DNA of 64,000 nt from Betaproteobacteria bacterium (GTDB lineage Bacteria; Pseudomonadota; Gammaproteobacteria; Burkholderiales; CAIKXV01). Numbering within the stretch: the first letter of the stretch is position 1; every line of letters begins with the position of its first letter. Made by a program: the position numbers and the translations under genes. A model generated the notes under the pieces. That model was not told the DNA's origin and did no database searches. It saw only the letters and a program-made list of their open reading frames with translations. The stretch lies in the NCBI GenBank assembly GCA_947458265.1, contig CANGYF010000002.1, positions 121,797-185,796 of the forward strand, given 5' to 3'. This document shows, piece after piece, positions 18,764 to 29,099 of this stretch.

Positions 18764-20539
18764 ATGCTGCGCCTGCTGCCCTTCATGCGCTGGCTGCCCG
18801 GCATCGATCGCCGCTGCGCACGCGCCGACCTGCTTGCCGGCCTGACCGGTGCAGTGATCGTCCTGCCCCAGTGCGTGGCCTTCGCAGCACTCGCCGGCAT
18901 GCCGATCGAGTACGGACTGTATTGTGCAATGGTCCCGGCCGTGGTCGCAGCCCTGTTCGGTTCGTCCTGGCACCTGGTCTCCGGCCCGACCAACGCGATC
19001 TCGATCGTGCTGTTCGCCTCGCTGGCACCGCTGGCCGAGCCCGGCAGTGCGCGCTATGTCGAGCTGGCACTGACCGTCACCCTGCTCGTCGGGGCCATGC
19101 AGCTGGCGATGGGCCTGGCGCGGCTCGGCACGCTGGTGAACTTCATCTCGCACACCGTGATCGTCGGCTTCATGGCCGCAGCCGGAGTCGTGATCATCGA
19201 CGCCCAGGTCAAGACGTTCTTCGGCCTGGATATCCCGCGCGGCGCCGGCTTCCTCGACACATGGGGCGCACTGCTGCTGCGCGCAGGCGAGATCGACCTG
19301 CAGGTCACGCTGGTCAGCGTGGCCACGCTCTGCTGCGCGATCGCCCTGCGGCGCTACGTGCCGCGCTGGCCGTACATGATCATCGCGATGGCCATCGGTG
19401 CACTGGCTGCGCTGGCCATCGACGTGGCCAGCGCAGGTCGTTCCGGCATCACGACCGTCGGCGCGCTGCCGGCGTCACTGCCGCCGGTGTCGATGCCGAA
19501 CCTGTCCGTCGCCGCGATCCGGGAGACCGCGGCGATCGCGCTGGCGATCACCATCCTCGCGCTCACCGAGGCGGTGTCGATCGCGCGCAGCATCGCCGTG
19601 CGCTCCGGCCAGCGCATCGACAACACGCAGGAGTTCATCGGGCAAGGCCTGTCGAACGTGGCCGGCGCCTTCTTCTCCAGCTACGCATCGAGCGGTTCGT
19701 TCAACCGCAGCGGCGTCAACTACGACGCAGGCGCGCGCACCCCGCTGGCTGCCGCATCGTCGGCGCTGTTCCTGCTGGCGATCCTGTTTGCCGTCGCCCC
19801 GCTGGCGGCCTACCTGCCGCATGCAGCGATGGCCGCGGTACTGGTGATCGTCGCCTGGGGGCTGATCGACTTCAAGGGCATCCGGCAGATCCTGCGCACC
19901 AGCCGCAATGAAGCGGCGGTGCTGGTCCTGACCTTCCTGTCCGGCGTGTTCGTGAGCCTGGAGTTCTGCATCCTGGCCGGCGTGATGCTGTCGCTGCTGC
20001 TGTACCTGAACCGCACATCGCGCCCGGCCCTGGTCGCCCTGGTGCCGGAGACTGGCGGTGGCGGCCTGCGCCGCTTCGTTCCATCCGGCGGCGACGTTGC
20101 CGGTTGCCCGCAACTGCTCGTGCTGCGCGTGGACGGCTCGCTGTTCTACGGCGCGATCGAGCATGTGCGCGACCGGCTGCTCGACCTCACCGGCAGTCCC
20201 GGACAGCCGCGGCACCTGCTGCTGCTCGGCGACGGCATCAACCTGATGGACATCGCCGGCGCCCACCTCATCGAGGCCGAGGCCAGGCGGCTGGCCGCCG
20301 CCGGTGGCGGGCTCTACCTCGCCGCGCTGAAGGCACCGGTGCGCGAGATGCTGGAGCGCTCGGGGGCGCTGGAAGTACTCGGTCCCGGGCGCGTGTTCGA
20401 GCGCAAGGCCGATGCGCTGGCGGCGATCCTGCCGCAGCTCGACCGGTCCACCTGCCCCGCCTGCGCCACGCGCACGCGGTGCGTGTTCGATGACGGCGCC
20501 CCCGGCCAGTCCGCCGCGCCGGGACAGGACCTGCGATGA
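18764..20539 (+). CDS. SulP/SLC26 anion permease with STAS domain
   Basis: DLLAGLTGAVIVLPQ, GLY, GPTNA, QEFIGQGLSN, GSFNRS, STAS RVDGSLFYG; start may be GTG 18722. Confidence 0.92.
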   Translation: MLRLLPFMRWLPGIDRRCARADLLAGLTGAVIVLPQCVAFAALAGMPIEYGLYCAMVPAVVAALFGSSWHLVSGPTNAISIVLFASLAPLAEPGSARYVELALTVTLLVGAMQLAMGLARLGTLVNFISHTVIVGFMAAAGVVIIDAQVKTFFGLDIPRGAGFLDTWGALLLRAGEIDLQVTLVSVATLCCAIALRRYVPRWPYMIIAMAIGALAALAIDVASAGRSGITTVGALPASLPPVSMPNLSVAAIRETAAIALAITILALTEAVSIARSIAVRSGQRIDNTQEFIGQGLSNVAGAFFSSYASSGSFNRSGVNYDAGARTPLAAASSALFLLAILFAVAPLAAYLPHAAMAAVLVIVAWGLIDFKGIRQILRTSRNEAAVLVLTFLSGVFVSLEFCILAGVMLSLLLYLNRTSRPALVALVPETGGGGLRRFVPSGGDVAGCPQLLVLRVDGSLFYGAIEHVRDRLLDLTGSPGQPRHLLLLGDGINLMDIAGAHLIEAEARRLAAAGGGLYLAALKAPVREMLERSGALEVLGPGRVFERKADALAAILPQLDRSTCPACATRTRCVFDDGAPGQSAAPGQDLR

Positions 20540-22674
20540 GGTCATTGCTGCCGTTCCTGCGCTGGTGGCCACTGCAGGCTGCGACGCTGCGCGCCGACGT
20601 TGTCGCAGGCATCAGCGTCGCGCTGGTGCTGGTGCCACAGTCCATGGCCTATGCGCAGCTTGCCGGGATGCCCGCGTACTACGGCCTTTATGCAGGCTTC
20701 CTGCCCGTGATCGTCGCTGCGCTCTGGGGTTCGTCCAGCCAGCTGGCGACCGGACCGGCAGCGGTCTCGTCGATCCTCACCGCCTCCGCGCTGGCGCCAC
20801 TGGCCACGCTCGGCTCGGAAAACTTCGTCGCCCTGGCCATCCTGCTGGCCTTCATGGTGGGTGCGATCCAGCTCGTACTGGCGCTGTGCCGGATGGGCAA
20901 CGTGGTGAGCTTCCTGTCGCATCCGGTGATCCTCGGCTTCACCTCCGCGGCTGCGATCATCATTGGCCTGTCCCAGCTGAACAAGCTGCTCGGGTTGCCG
21001 ATCGGGCGCAGCGATTTCTTCCTGGGCGACGTCTGGCAGATGCTGCTGCAGTTGCCGGACACGCACCTGCCGACGCTGGCCATGGGCCTGGGAGCAATGG
21101 CCGTGATCTGGGCGTTCCGCCGCTGGCTGCCGCGCTGGCCGGGCGTGCTGGTGGCGGTCGCGCTGGGCATCGCAGTGAGTTGGGCCACCGGCTTCGAGCG
21201 GACCGGCAGCGCACCGGTCGAGGTGCTCGCCGACACGCATGTGCTGTCGATCGCCCAGGACTACCAGAAGGCGCGCACGCAACTGCGCGAACTGGACGTA
21301 CGCATCGAGGCTTTGCGTCGCCCGGAGACCCCCGCGCCGTCGCGCAGCGATGCACTGGCGAGGCGCTACGAGCTGGAACTCAAGCAACTCGAACGCGCCG
21401 ACCTCGAACGGGAGAACGGGCAGCGGCTGCGCGACCTGCGCCAGCTCGCGTTCAGCGCCACCCATGCACCCGACGGCGCGATTACCCGCCTCGAACCGGC
21501 GGGCCGCGACGGCGACACCAGCCGGGAGACCTGGCGCATCAAGGATATCCGCGGCGGCATCGTGCGCCTGTCGGGCGGCGGCGAGGTGGTCGGCGTGATC
21601 CCGCCCGGTTTGCCGTCGATGGGCCTGCCACAGTTCTCCTGGGACGCCCTGCGTTCACTGCTCGGCGCAGCGCTGGTCATGGCGCTGATCGGCTTCGTCG
21701 AGGCCGTGTCCATCGGCAAGGCGATGGCCGCGCGTACCCGCCAGCGCATCGACCCCAACCAGGAACTGCTCGGGCAAGGACTCGCCAACATCGCCGGCAG
21801 CCTGACACAGGCCTTCCCCACCATGGGCTCTTTCTCGCGCTCGGCGGTCAACATCAGTTCGGGCGCGCGCACCGGGATGTCCAGCGTGGTGACCGGCCTG
21901 CTCATGCTGGTCACCCTGCTGGCGCTGACTCCGGTGCTCTACCACCTGCCACAGGCGGTGCTGGCGGCGGTGATCATGATGGCGATCACCAGCCTGATCG
22001 GCTTCAGGGCGATGAACCATGCCTGGCGCGCGCATCGCCACGATGGCATCGCCGCCTGGGCCACGTTCTTCGCCGCGCTGCTGCTGGCACCTGCCATCGA
22101 CTACGGTGTGCTGTTCGGCGCGGCGCTGGCGATCCTGCTCTACCTGTACCGGACGATGCGCCCGCGGATGGCACGGCTGGCCCGCGATCCGGATGGCATG
22201 CTGCACGACGCGGACGGACCGGGCGCGCCGGCCGGCGAGGCGCTGGTCGTGCTGCGCTTCGACGGCTCGCTCTATTTCGCGAACGTGCCTTCCTTCGAGG
22301 ACCGGGTGCTGGAGGCGGTGGCCGCCTCGCCCGACGTGCGCGAAGTGCTGGTGGTCGCCGACGGCATCAATGGGATCGATGCCTCCGGCGTGGAGGTGCT
22401 GGAACACCTGTCCGCGCGGCTGTCCACCGGCGGCATCACGCTGTCGCTGTGCGGCGTCAAGCGACAGGTGGCCGAGGTGTTCGAACGTACCGGCCTGTCG
22501 GCGAAGATCGGTCCAGGCAACCTTTTCCGCAATCCGCGCCAGGCCATCGACGCGATCGAGCAGCGCACCCGGCCGCCGTCGGCAGGGGCAGGTCCCGCCA
22601 CGCCCGCAGCGAGCGGGCCCGCGCCTGCTTCGGCAAGCGTCCAGCAGCCGGGCGCTGCACTGCCGCCCCTATAA
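20536..22674 (+). CDS. SulP/SLC26 anion permease with a large soluble insertion and STAS domain
   Basis: DVVAGISVALVLVPQSMAYA, NQELLGQG, GSFSRS, RFDGSLYFAN; charged insert of ~120 aa. Confidence 0.92.
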   Translation: MRSLLPFLRWWPLQAATLRADVVAGISVALVLVPQSMAYAQLAGMPAYYGLYAGFLPVIVAALWGSSSQLATGPAAVSSILTASALAPLATLGSENFVALAILLAFMVGAIQLVLALCRMGNVVSFLSHPVILGFTSAAAIIIGLSQLNKLLGLPIGRSDFFLGDVWQMLLQLPDTHLPTLAMGLGAMAVIWAFRRWLPRWPGVLVAVALGIAVSWATGFERTGSAPVEVLADTHVLSIAQDYQKARTQLRELDVRIEALRRPETPAPSRSDALARRYELELKQLERADLERENGQRLRDLRQLAFSATHAPDGAITRLEPAGRDGDTSRETWRIKDIRGGIVRLSGGGEVVGVIPPGLPSMGLPQFSWDALRSLLGAALVMALIGFVEAVSIGKAMAARTRQRIDPNQELLGQGLANIAGSLTQAFPTMGSFSRSAVNISSGARTGMSSVVTGLLMLVTLLALTPVLYHLPQAVLAAVIMMAITSLIGFRAMNHAWRAHRHDGIAAWATFFAALLLAPAIDYGVLFGAALAILLYLYRTMRPRMARLARDPDGMLHDADGPGAPAGEALVVLRFDGSLYFANVPSFEDRVLEAVAASPDVREVLVVADGINGIDASGVEVLEHLSARLSTGGITLSLCGVKRQVAEVFERTGLSAKIGPGNLFRNPRQAIDAIEQRTRPPSAGAGPATPAASGPAPASASVQQPGAALPPL

Positions 22675-22748
22675 TCGCGCTCCGTCGAGTCCGGCGCGGG
22701 CAGGTGCCCGCGCCGGGGCAGACACGGCAGCCAACAGGGACAAGCGCG

Positions 22749-23300
22749 ATGGGCTTTCGCCTCACGAGGATCTACACCCGCACCGGCGACGGCGGCGACA
22801 CCGGTCTTGGCGACGGCAGCCGCGTGGCCAAGGACTCACCACGGGTCGAGGTTCTGGGTGCTGTCGACGAACTCAACTGCGCGGTCGGGCTGGTCCTGGT
22901 CGAAGCAGTATCGCCCGAGGTGCACGAGTGCCTGACCGCCGTGCAGCACGACCTGTTCGACCTGGGCGGCGAACTGAGCATCCCCGGCTACACCGCGGTC
23001 ACCGAACGCCATGTGACCCGCCTCGAGGAAGTGCTCGACCGCTTCAATGAGCCGCTGGAGCCGCTGAAGGACTTCATCCTGCCCGGTGGCTCGCGCGCGG
23101 CGGCCGCCTGCCACGTGGCGCGCACCCTCGCGCGCCGGGCAGAGCGGCGCATGGTGACCCTGGCCGCGGCCGAACCGGTGTCCCCGCCGGCCCGGCACTA
23201 CCTCAACCGGCTGTCCGACCTGCTGTTCGTGCTGTGCCGGGTGGTCAATCGCGACGCCGGCGTCGCAGACGTGCTCTGGCAGAAGGGCCGCAGCCTCTGA
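22749..23300 (+). CDS. Cob(I)alamin adenosyltransferase, PduO type
   Basis: RIYTRTGDGGDT, DELN, QHDLFDLG, FILPGG, RRAERR, YLNRLSDLLF; TATAAT at 22670-22675 upstream. Confidence 0.95.
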   Translation: MGFRLTRIYTRTGDGGDTGLGDGSRVAKDSPRVEVLGAVDELNCAVGLVLVEAVSPEVHECLTAVQHDLFDLGGELSIPGYTAVTERHVTRLEEVLDRFNEPLEPLKDFILPGGSRAAAACHVARTLARRAERRMVTLAAAEPVSPPARHYLNRLSDLLFVLCRVVNRDAGVADVLWQKGRSL

Positions 23301-23351
23301 AGCTGGCCCGCCCGCGCGCCGGCGCCATCGATGCGGCGCGCGTCTTTCCGG

Positions 23352-23990
23352 TCAGGCCTGCTGCTGCCAGACCTGGAGCAACTGGCCGCTGACGTCGCGC
23401 AACCGCTGGTTGAGCAGCAGTACCAGCTGCAGCAGGATCTTCTGCCCGAGGTACGGATGGTCCTTCATGATCCGCTCCAGCCCCTTGCGCGGCAGGGCCG
23501 CGAAGGTGACCGGCGTTGCGGCGATGCAGGTCGCGAAGCGCGGCTCGCCGTCGACCAGCGACATCTCGCCCAGGGTCTTGCCAGGGGCTGCCACGCCGAC
23601 CAGCGCACGTTCCGTCTCCGACCCCTTCTTGAAAACCTCGACATAGCCCTCGAGTACCAGCACCATGAAGTCACCGGGGTCTCCCTCGACGATGAAGGGT
23701 ACGCCGGTGGCGACACGGTAGACCTGCAGGAATCCGGCAAAGCGCTGAAGATCCTCGGTCGTGAACCGGGACAGCAGCGCGCTGTCGCGCAGCACCTTCC
23801 CGATCAGCGGCACGAAGGCGGTGCCCAGGCCCAGCCGCTCGATCGACTGCGCCGCCGGCACTGCGGCCTTGCCCGGAACAGGAGCGCCCGCATTGCCTGC
23901 CGCCGCAGGCCGGGCAGGCGCTGTCGACGCACGCGCGGCGGACGGCGCCAGCGTGCGTTCAACAGGGAATCCGGGTACTGGGTCGGACAT
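23352..23990 (-). CDS. Stand-alone cyclic nucleotide-binding domain protein
   Basis: EGDPGDFM.LVLEG, GEMSLVDGEPRFATCIA phosphate-binding cassette; Pro/Ala-rich N-terminus; no HTH. Confidence 0.85.
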   Translation of the reverse strand: MSDPVPGFPVERTLAPSAARASTAPARPAAAGNAGAPVPGKAAVPAAQSIERLGLGTAFVPLIGKVLRDSALLSRFTTEDLQRFAGFLQVYRVATGVPFIVEGDPGDFMVLVLEGYVEVFKKGSETERALVGVAAPGKTLGEMSLVDGEPRFATCIAATPVTFAALPRKGLERIMKDHPYLGQKILLQLVLLLNQRLRDVSGQLLQVWQQQA

Positions 23991-24165
23991 CGATGCACTC
24001 CAATCGCGCCGTCGGGATGGCTGCGCGACCATGCATGCCGGCTTCAGGGGAACCATCCTGCCCCCCGGAGGTTACGCGTGACGACCGCGTTCCGGGAGCA
24101 ACAACGTCACGCTCGCGGCAAGGCGTTTTTCACGCTGGAACGGCACCGTCCGCGCCGCGCGCCCA

Positions 24166-25011
24166 TCAGTCGAGCCGGAAACCCCTGCCACGGACGTAGG
24201 CACCGAAGTCGGCACGCTCGGGCACCGAATACTGGCGCGCCTTGTCCTCCGACCAGCCATAGAAAGGGGCGACGCCCAGGTCGCGCACGCGACGCTGGCG
24301 AGCGTATGGCTGGCGCTGGTGCCGCCAATGGTCATAGCCGTCGATCGTCGCCCGGGTGGCAGCCTCGCCCTCGTCGCGGTAGCGATCGGCATGCAGCGTG
24401 AGCGAGAGCGGCAGCCGCGGCGTGATCGGGCCGGGCGCACCCGGCCAGCCCACCGCGAGGCCGGCCACCGGGAACACCCGCTCCGGCAGTTCGAGGAATT
24501 CGCTCACCGCCTGTGCACGGTTGCGGATCTGGCTGATCGGACAGCAGCCCAGGCCTGCCGCCTCGGCCGCCACGATGAACGACCCGAGCACGATGCTGGC
24601 GTCGACCGCGGCGTTGAAGAACCAGTCGAGGTGGTCGTTGGCGAACGGTACGCCGCGCCATTCGCTGACCTGTCGCTGCCGGCGGTGGTTACCGCAGAAC
24701 ACGAGCAGCGCCGGCGCCGCCGCGATCCAGGCATCCGGGGCGATGAGTGGCGCCAGCCCGGCCCGGCGGGCGGGGTCGGTGACCAGCACGATGTCGCGGC
24801 TCTGCATGTCGCTCTTGGTCGGCGAGGACAGCGCGATCGCAGCCAGCGTCTCCAGCATGCCTGTCGGCAGCGGTCGGTCGGCCCATGTGCGTATCGATGC
24901 GTGGGCAGCCATGCGCACATGGGCTTCGGTAGCGAAGCTGGTGTCCAGCTCGCCTGCGTCCTGGAACCGGTCGGCCAGCAGCCCTGCCAGCTCGCGTCGT
25001 GGATCAGCCAT
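24166..25011 (-). CDS. NfsA/Frp-like nitroreductase (flavin reductase)
   Basis: HASIR, SPTKSDMQ, AEAAGLGCCPISQIRN, PRLPL motifs. Confidence 0.88.
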   Translation of the reverse strand: MADPRRELAGLLADRFQDAGELDTSFATEAHVRMAAHASIRTWADRPLPTGMLETLAAIALSSPTKSDMQSRDIVLVTDPARRAGLAPLIAPDAWIAAAPALLVFCGNHRRQRQVSEWRGVPFANDHLDWFFNAAVDASIVLGSFIVAAEAAGLGCCPISQIRNRAQAVSEFLELPERVFPVAGLAVGWPGAPGPITPRLPLSLTLHADRYRDEGEAATRATIDGYDHWRHQRQPYARQRRVRDLGVAPFYGWSEDKARQYSVPERADFGAYVRGRGFRLD

Positions 25012-25045
25012 TCCCGATTGCTCCCGTGCCAGGTCCGCCCGCCGT

Positions 25046-26458
25046 TCAAGCAGCGCAGCGTGCCTCGATGTAGCGTTTCACCGCGTCGGTGTCCGCGTCC
25101 ATCACGTCGAACCGGCGCGGTGCGGACTCGAGGGCCTCGAACCCGGCCGGGCGCACGGGTGGTCGGCCGAGCGCCTCGACGATGGTCGCCTCGAACTTCA
25201 CCGGCAGCGCGGTCTCGAGGCAGACGATCTGCTCGCCCGGCTCGCGCAGCTCCAGCGCCACCTTGATGCCATCCGCGGTATGGGTATCGACGATGCGGCC
25301 GCAACCCTCGTAGGTACTGCGGATGGTGCGCAGCCGGTCGGCATGCGTGCTGTGCCCGGAGACGAACCCGGTATGCGCGACCTTCGAGAACTCGCCGCTG
25401 GCCGCAAGGTCGAACGATCCGCGTTCGTCGATCTCGCGCCACAGCGCGCGTACGCGATCCCCGTCGCCGCCGACCAGGTCGTACACATAGCGCTCGAAGT
25501 TCGAGGCCTTCGAGATATCCATCGACGGGCTGGAGGTCTGCCGGGTTTCCTGCGAGCTGCGCGGCCGGTAGGTACCGGTGCGGAAGAACTCGTCGAGCAC
25601 GTTGTTCTCGTTGGTGGCGAGGATCAGCCGCCGCACCGGCAGGCCCATCCGGCGTGCCACATGGCCGGCGCAGATGTTGCCGAAGTTGCCCGAGGGGACG
25701 CAGAACGACACCGCCTCGTCTTCGGAGCGGGTCGCCGCGAAGTAGCCCTTGAAGTAGTACACCACCTGGGCGACCAGCCGCGCCCAGTTGATCGAGTTGA
25801 CCGTGCCGATGCGAAGCCGCGACTTGAACGCGAGATCTGCGCTGACCGCCTTCACGATGTCCTGGCAATCGTCGAACACGCCACGGATCGCGATGTTGTG
25901 GATGTTCGGGTCCATCAGCGAGAACATCTGCGCCGTCTGGAACGGGCTCATCGCGCCATGCGGCGAGAGCATGAACACCCGGATGCCGTGCTTGCCGCGC
26001 ATCGCATACTCGGCGGCCGAGCCGGTGTCGCCCGAGGTGGCGCCCAGGATGTTGAGTGATTCGCCGCGCTCGGCCAGCACGAATTCGAACAGGTTGCCGA
26101 GCAGCTGCATCGCGACGTCCTTGAACGCCAGCGTCGGACCGTTGGAAAGCTGCAGCAGGTGCAGGCCAGGCTGCAGCGCGCTCATCGGAGTCACCGCGTC
26201 GGACCCGAACACCTCGGCGCGGTAGGTGCGCTCGACGATGGAACGCAGCGCCGCCGGCTCGATGTCGTCGATGAACAGCGAGAGGATCTCGAACGCGAGC
26301 GAGCGGTAGTCGAGGCCACGCCAGCGGGCCAGCATCGCCCGGTCGACCTGCGGGTACGATTCCGGCATCGCGAGCCCGCCGTCGGGCGCGAGCCCCTCGA
26401 GCAGGATCTCGCGGAAGCTCGCCGGCGCCATTGCGCCGCGGGTACTCAGGTAACGCAC
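25046..26458 (-). CDS. thrC: Threonine synthase
   Basis: YLSTRG, GLAPDGGL, GPTLAFKD (PLP Lys), ATSGDTG, NSINWAR, VPSGNFGN, SPSMDI. Confidence 0.97.
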   Translation of the reverse strand: MRYLSTRGAMAPASFREILLEGLAPDGGLAMPESYPQVDRAMLARWRGLDYRSLAFEILSLFIDDIEPAALRSIVERTYRAEVFGSDAVTPMSALQPGLHLLQLSNGPTLAFKDVAMQLLGNLFEFVLAERGESLNILGATSGDTGSAAEYAMRGKHGIRVFMLSPHGAMSPFQTAQMFSLMDPNIHNIAIRGVFDDCQDIVKAVSADLAFKSRLRIGTVNSINWARLVAQVVYYFKGYFAATRSEDEAVSFCVPSGNFGNICAGHVARRMGLPVRRLILATNENNVLDEFFRTGTYRPRSSQETRQTSSPSMDISKASNFERYVYDLVGGDGDRVRALWREIDERGSFDLAASGEFSKVAHTGFVSGHSTHADRLRTIRSTYEGCGRIVDTHTADGIKVALELREPGEQIVCLETALPVKFEATIVEALGRPPVRPAGFEALESAPRRFDVMDADTDAVKRYIEARCAA

Positions 26459-26461
26459 GGG

Positions 26462-27802
26462 CTACAGCTCTTCCAGGCGCAGCCGGGTCACGCGCCCGGA
26501 CACCGTCGCCAGCGCCTCGATGCTGGCGATCGCGGCATCCATGTTGTGCTCGATGGTGCGGTGGGTGAGCAGGATGATGTCGGCCTCGCTCTCGCCCGCC
26601 GCCGGCTCCTTCTGCACCATCGCATCGATGGAGATCTTCCGGTCGGCGAGGATGCGCGTGATGTCGGCGAGCACGCCCGGCTTGTCCTGCACCCGCATGC
26701 GCAGGTAGCAGGCGGTCTCGACGTCGGCGATCGGCAGGATGCGCAGGTTCGAGATGCGGTCGGGCTGGAACGCCAGGTGGGGCACCCGGTTCTCCGGGTC
26801 GACCGTCGCCAGCCGGGTGATGTCGACAAGGTCGGCGACCACCGCCGAGGCGGTTGGCTCGGAACCGGCACCGGCGCCGTAGTACATGGTCTGTCCGACA
26901 GCGTCGCCCTTCACCAGCACCGCGTTCATCACGCCTTCCACGTTCGCGATCAGCCGCTTCGCGGGGATCAGCGTCGGGTGCACGCGCAGCTCGATGCCGG
27001 CGGCATCGCCCTCGCCCACGCGCCGGGTGATGCCCAGAAGCTTGATCCGGTAGCCCAGTTCTTCAGCATAGCGGATGTCCTCGGCGGTGAGCTTCGTGAT
27101 GCCCTCGGTGTACGCACGCTCGAACTGCATCGGCACGCCGAAGGCAATCGCCGACATGATGGTGAGCTTGTGCCCGGCATCGATGCCCTCGATGTCGAAG
27201 GTCGGATCTGCCTCTGCATAGCCGAGCTTCTGCGCCTGCGCGAGCACCGTGTCGAACGCAAGCCCCTTGTCGCGCATCTCGGACAGGATGAAGTTGCTGG
27301 TGCCGTTGATGATGCCGGCGATCCATTCGATGCGGTTCGCGGTCAGGCCTTCGCGCAGCGCCTTGATGATCGGGATGCCGCCGCAGACCGCCGCCTCGAA
27401 CGCGACCATGACACCCTTCGCCTGCGCCGCGCCGAAGATCTCGTTGCCATGCAGCGCCAGCAGCGCCTTGTTCGCGGTGACCACGTGCTTGCCGTGGGCG
27501 ATCGCCTCGAGGATCAGGTCCTTCGCGACGCCGTAGCCGCCGATCAGTTCGACGACGATGTCGATCTCGGGGTCGCGCACCACCGAGAAGGCGTCGTCGA
27601 CCACGGTCGCCGGCGCCTCGCCTTCGACGGTGCATCCGGCCACCAGCGCGCGCGCGCGGGCAAGGTCCTTGTCTGCGACCCGGGTGATGCGGATGCCACG
27701 CCCCGCGCGTCGTTCAATCTCGTCACGGTTGCGCGCGAGCACCCCGAAGGTGCCCCCGCCGACGGTGCCGATGCCCAGCAGACCCACGTTGATCGGTTTC
27801 AT
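26462..27802 (-). CDS. hom: Homoserine dehydrogenase with ACT domain
   Basis: GLLGIGTVGGG, VVTANKA, EAAVCGGIP, NGTSNFIL, GYAEADP, C-terminal ACT (DKPGVLA). Confidence 0.97.
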   Translation of the reverse strand: MKPINVGLLGIGTVGGGTFGVLARNRDEIERRAGRGIRITRVADKDLARARALVAGCTVEGEAPATVVDDAFSVVRDPEIDIVVELIGGYGVAKDLILEAIAHGKHVVTANKALLALHGNEIFGAAQAKGVMVAFEAAVCGGIPIIKALREGLTANRIEWIAGIINGTSNFILSEMRDKGLAFDTVLAQAQKLGYAEADPTFDIEGIDAGHKLTIMSAIAFGVPMQFERAYTEGITKLTAEDIRYAEELGYRIKLLGITRRVGEGDAAGIELRVHPTLIPAKRLIANVEGVMNAVLVKGDAVGQTMYYGAGAGSEPTASAVVADLVDITRLATVDPENRVPHLAFQPDRISNLRILPIADVETACYLRMRVQDKPGVLADITRILADRKISIDAMVQKEPAAGESEADIILLTHRTIEHNMDAAIASIEALATVSGRVTRLRLEEL

Positions 27803-28998
27803 CAGAGCAGCCCATCCTTGCGGAACATCTCTTTCACGCCGCGCGTGGCCTGGCGGATGCGCGACTCGTTCTCGATCAGCGCCAGGCGCACATGGTCGTC
27901 GCCGTACTCGCCGAAGCCGATGCCGGGCGAGGCCGCGAGCCTGGCCTCTTCGAGCAGCTTCTTGGAGAACTCGAGCGAGCCCATCTTCGCGTACGGCTCC
28001 GGAATCTTCGCCCAGATGTACATCGCCGCCTTCGGCGACTCGACCATCCAGCCGGCCGCGTGCAGGCCCTGAACCATCACGTCGCGCCGCTTCTGGTAGG
28101 TCATCGCGATCTCGCGCACGCAGTCCTGCGGACCCTCGAGCGCGAGGATCGAGGCGATCTGGATCGGGGTGAATGTGCCGTAGTCGTGGTAGCTCTTCAT
28201 GCGCGCCAGCGCCGACACGAGGTCACGGTTGCCGACCATGAAGCCCACGCGCCAGCCGGCCATGTTGTAGCTCTTCGACATCGTGAAGAACTCGACCGCG
28301 ACGTCGCGCGCGCCGGGTACCTCCATGATCGAGGGCGCACGGTAGCCGTCGAAGGTGATGTCGGCATAGGCGAGATCGTGCACGACGTAGATGTCGTGCC
28401 GGCGCGCGATGTCGATGATCTTCTCGAAGAACGGCAGGTCGACGCACTGGCTGGTCGGGTTCGACGGGAAGTTCAGGATCAGCATCTTCGGCTTCGGGTA
28501 CGACTCCTTCATCGCACGGTCGAGTTCGTCGAAGAAGTCCACCCCTGGCGTCATCCGCACGTGGCGGATGTCGGCGCCCGCGATCACCGGGCCGTAGATG
28601 TGGATCGGGTAGCTGGGGTTGGGCACCAGCACGATATCGCCGCGGTCGAGGGTCGCCAGCGCCAGGTGCGCGATGCCTTCCTTCGAGCCGATGGTGACGA
28701 TCGCCTCGCTGTCCGGGTCGAGTTCGACGCCGTAGCGGGTCTGGTACCAGTTGCAGATGGCCTTGCGCAGCCGGGGGATACCCTTGGACACCGAGTAGCC
28801 GTGGGTATCCGGTCGCTGCGCCGCCTCGACCAGCTTGGCGACGATGTGCGGCGGCGTCGGGCCGTCCGGATTGCCCATCGACAGGTCGATGATGTCCTCG
28901 CCCCGGCGGCGGGCGGCCATCTTCAGCTCCGCCGTGATGTTGAACACGTACGGGGGAAGGCGTCGGATGCGGGCGAATTCTTCCATCTGTTCAGTCAC
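27802..28998 (-). CDS. alaC: Alanine transaminase (class I/II aminotransferase)
   Basis: [36 protein letters not shown]; upstream of hom-thrC. Confidence 0.92.
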   Translation of the reverse strand: MTEQMEEFARIRRLPPYVFNITAELKMAARRRGEDIIDLSMGNPDGPTPPHIVAKLVEAAQRPDTHGYSVSKGIPRLRKAICNWYQTRYGVELDPDSEAIVTIGSKEGIAHLALATLDRGDIVLVPNPSYPIHIYGPVIAGADIRHVRMTPGVDFFDELDRAMKESYPKPKMLILNFPSNPTSQCVDLPFFEKIIDIARRHDIYVVHDLAYADITFDGYRAPSIMEVPGARDVAVEFFTMSKSYNMAGWRVGFMVGNRDLVSALARMKSYHDYGTFTPIQIASILALEGPQDCVREIAMTYQKRRDVMVQGLHAAGWMVESPKAAMYIWAKIPEPYAKMGSLEFSKKLLEEARLAASPGIGFGEYGDDHVRLALIENESRIRQATRGVKEMFRKDGLL

Positions 28999-29099
28999 CT
29001 GGCACCGCGACAGCTCGCCGGCGGCACATTGTGGAAAGCCGTCGAGTTTACCCGAGGCAACCGCCGCGCGCGGCGCGGCGGTTGCCGGCCTGCCCCGGG

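Noticed and set aside
22675-22748. Cobalamin riboswitch upstream of the adenosyltransferase
   Set aside because: The gap is ~75 bp, too short, and has no B12-box.
20412-23300. Apparent 962-aa fusion ending in PduO; likewise extended ORFs 10317-14534, 45562-47619, 47897-49924, 53559-56603
   Set aside because: The N-terminal extensions are off-frame overlaps of neighbouring genes; true starts with motifs or RBS are internal.
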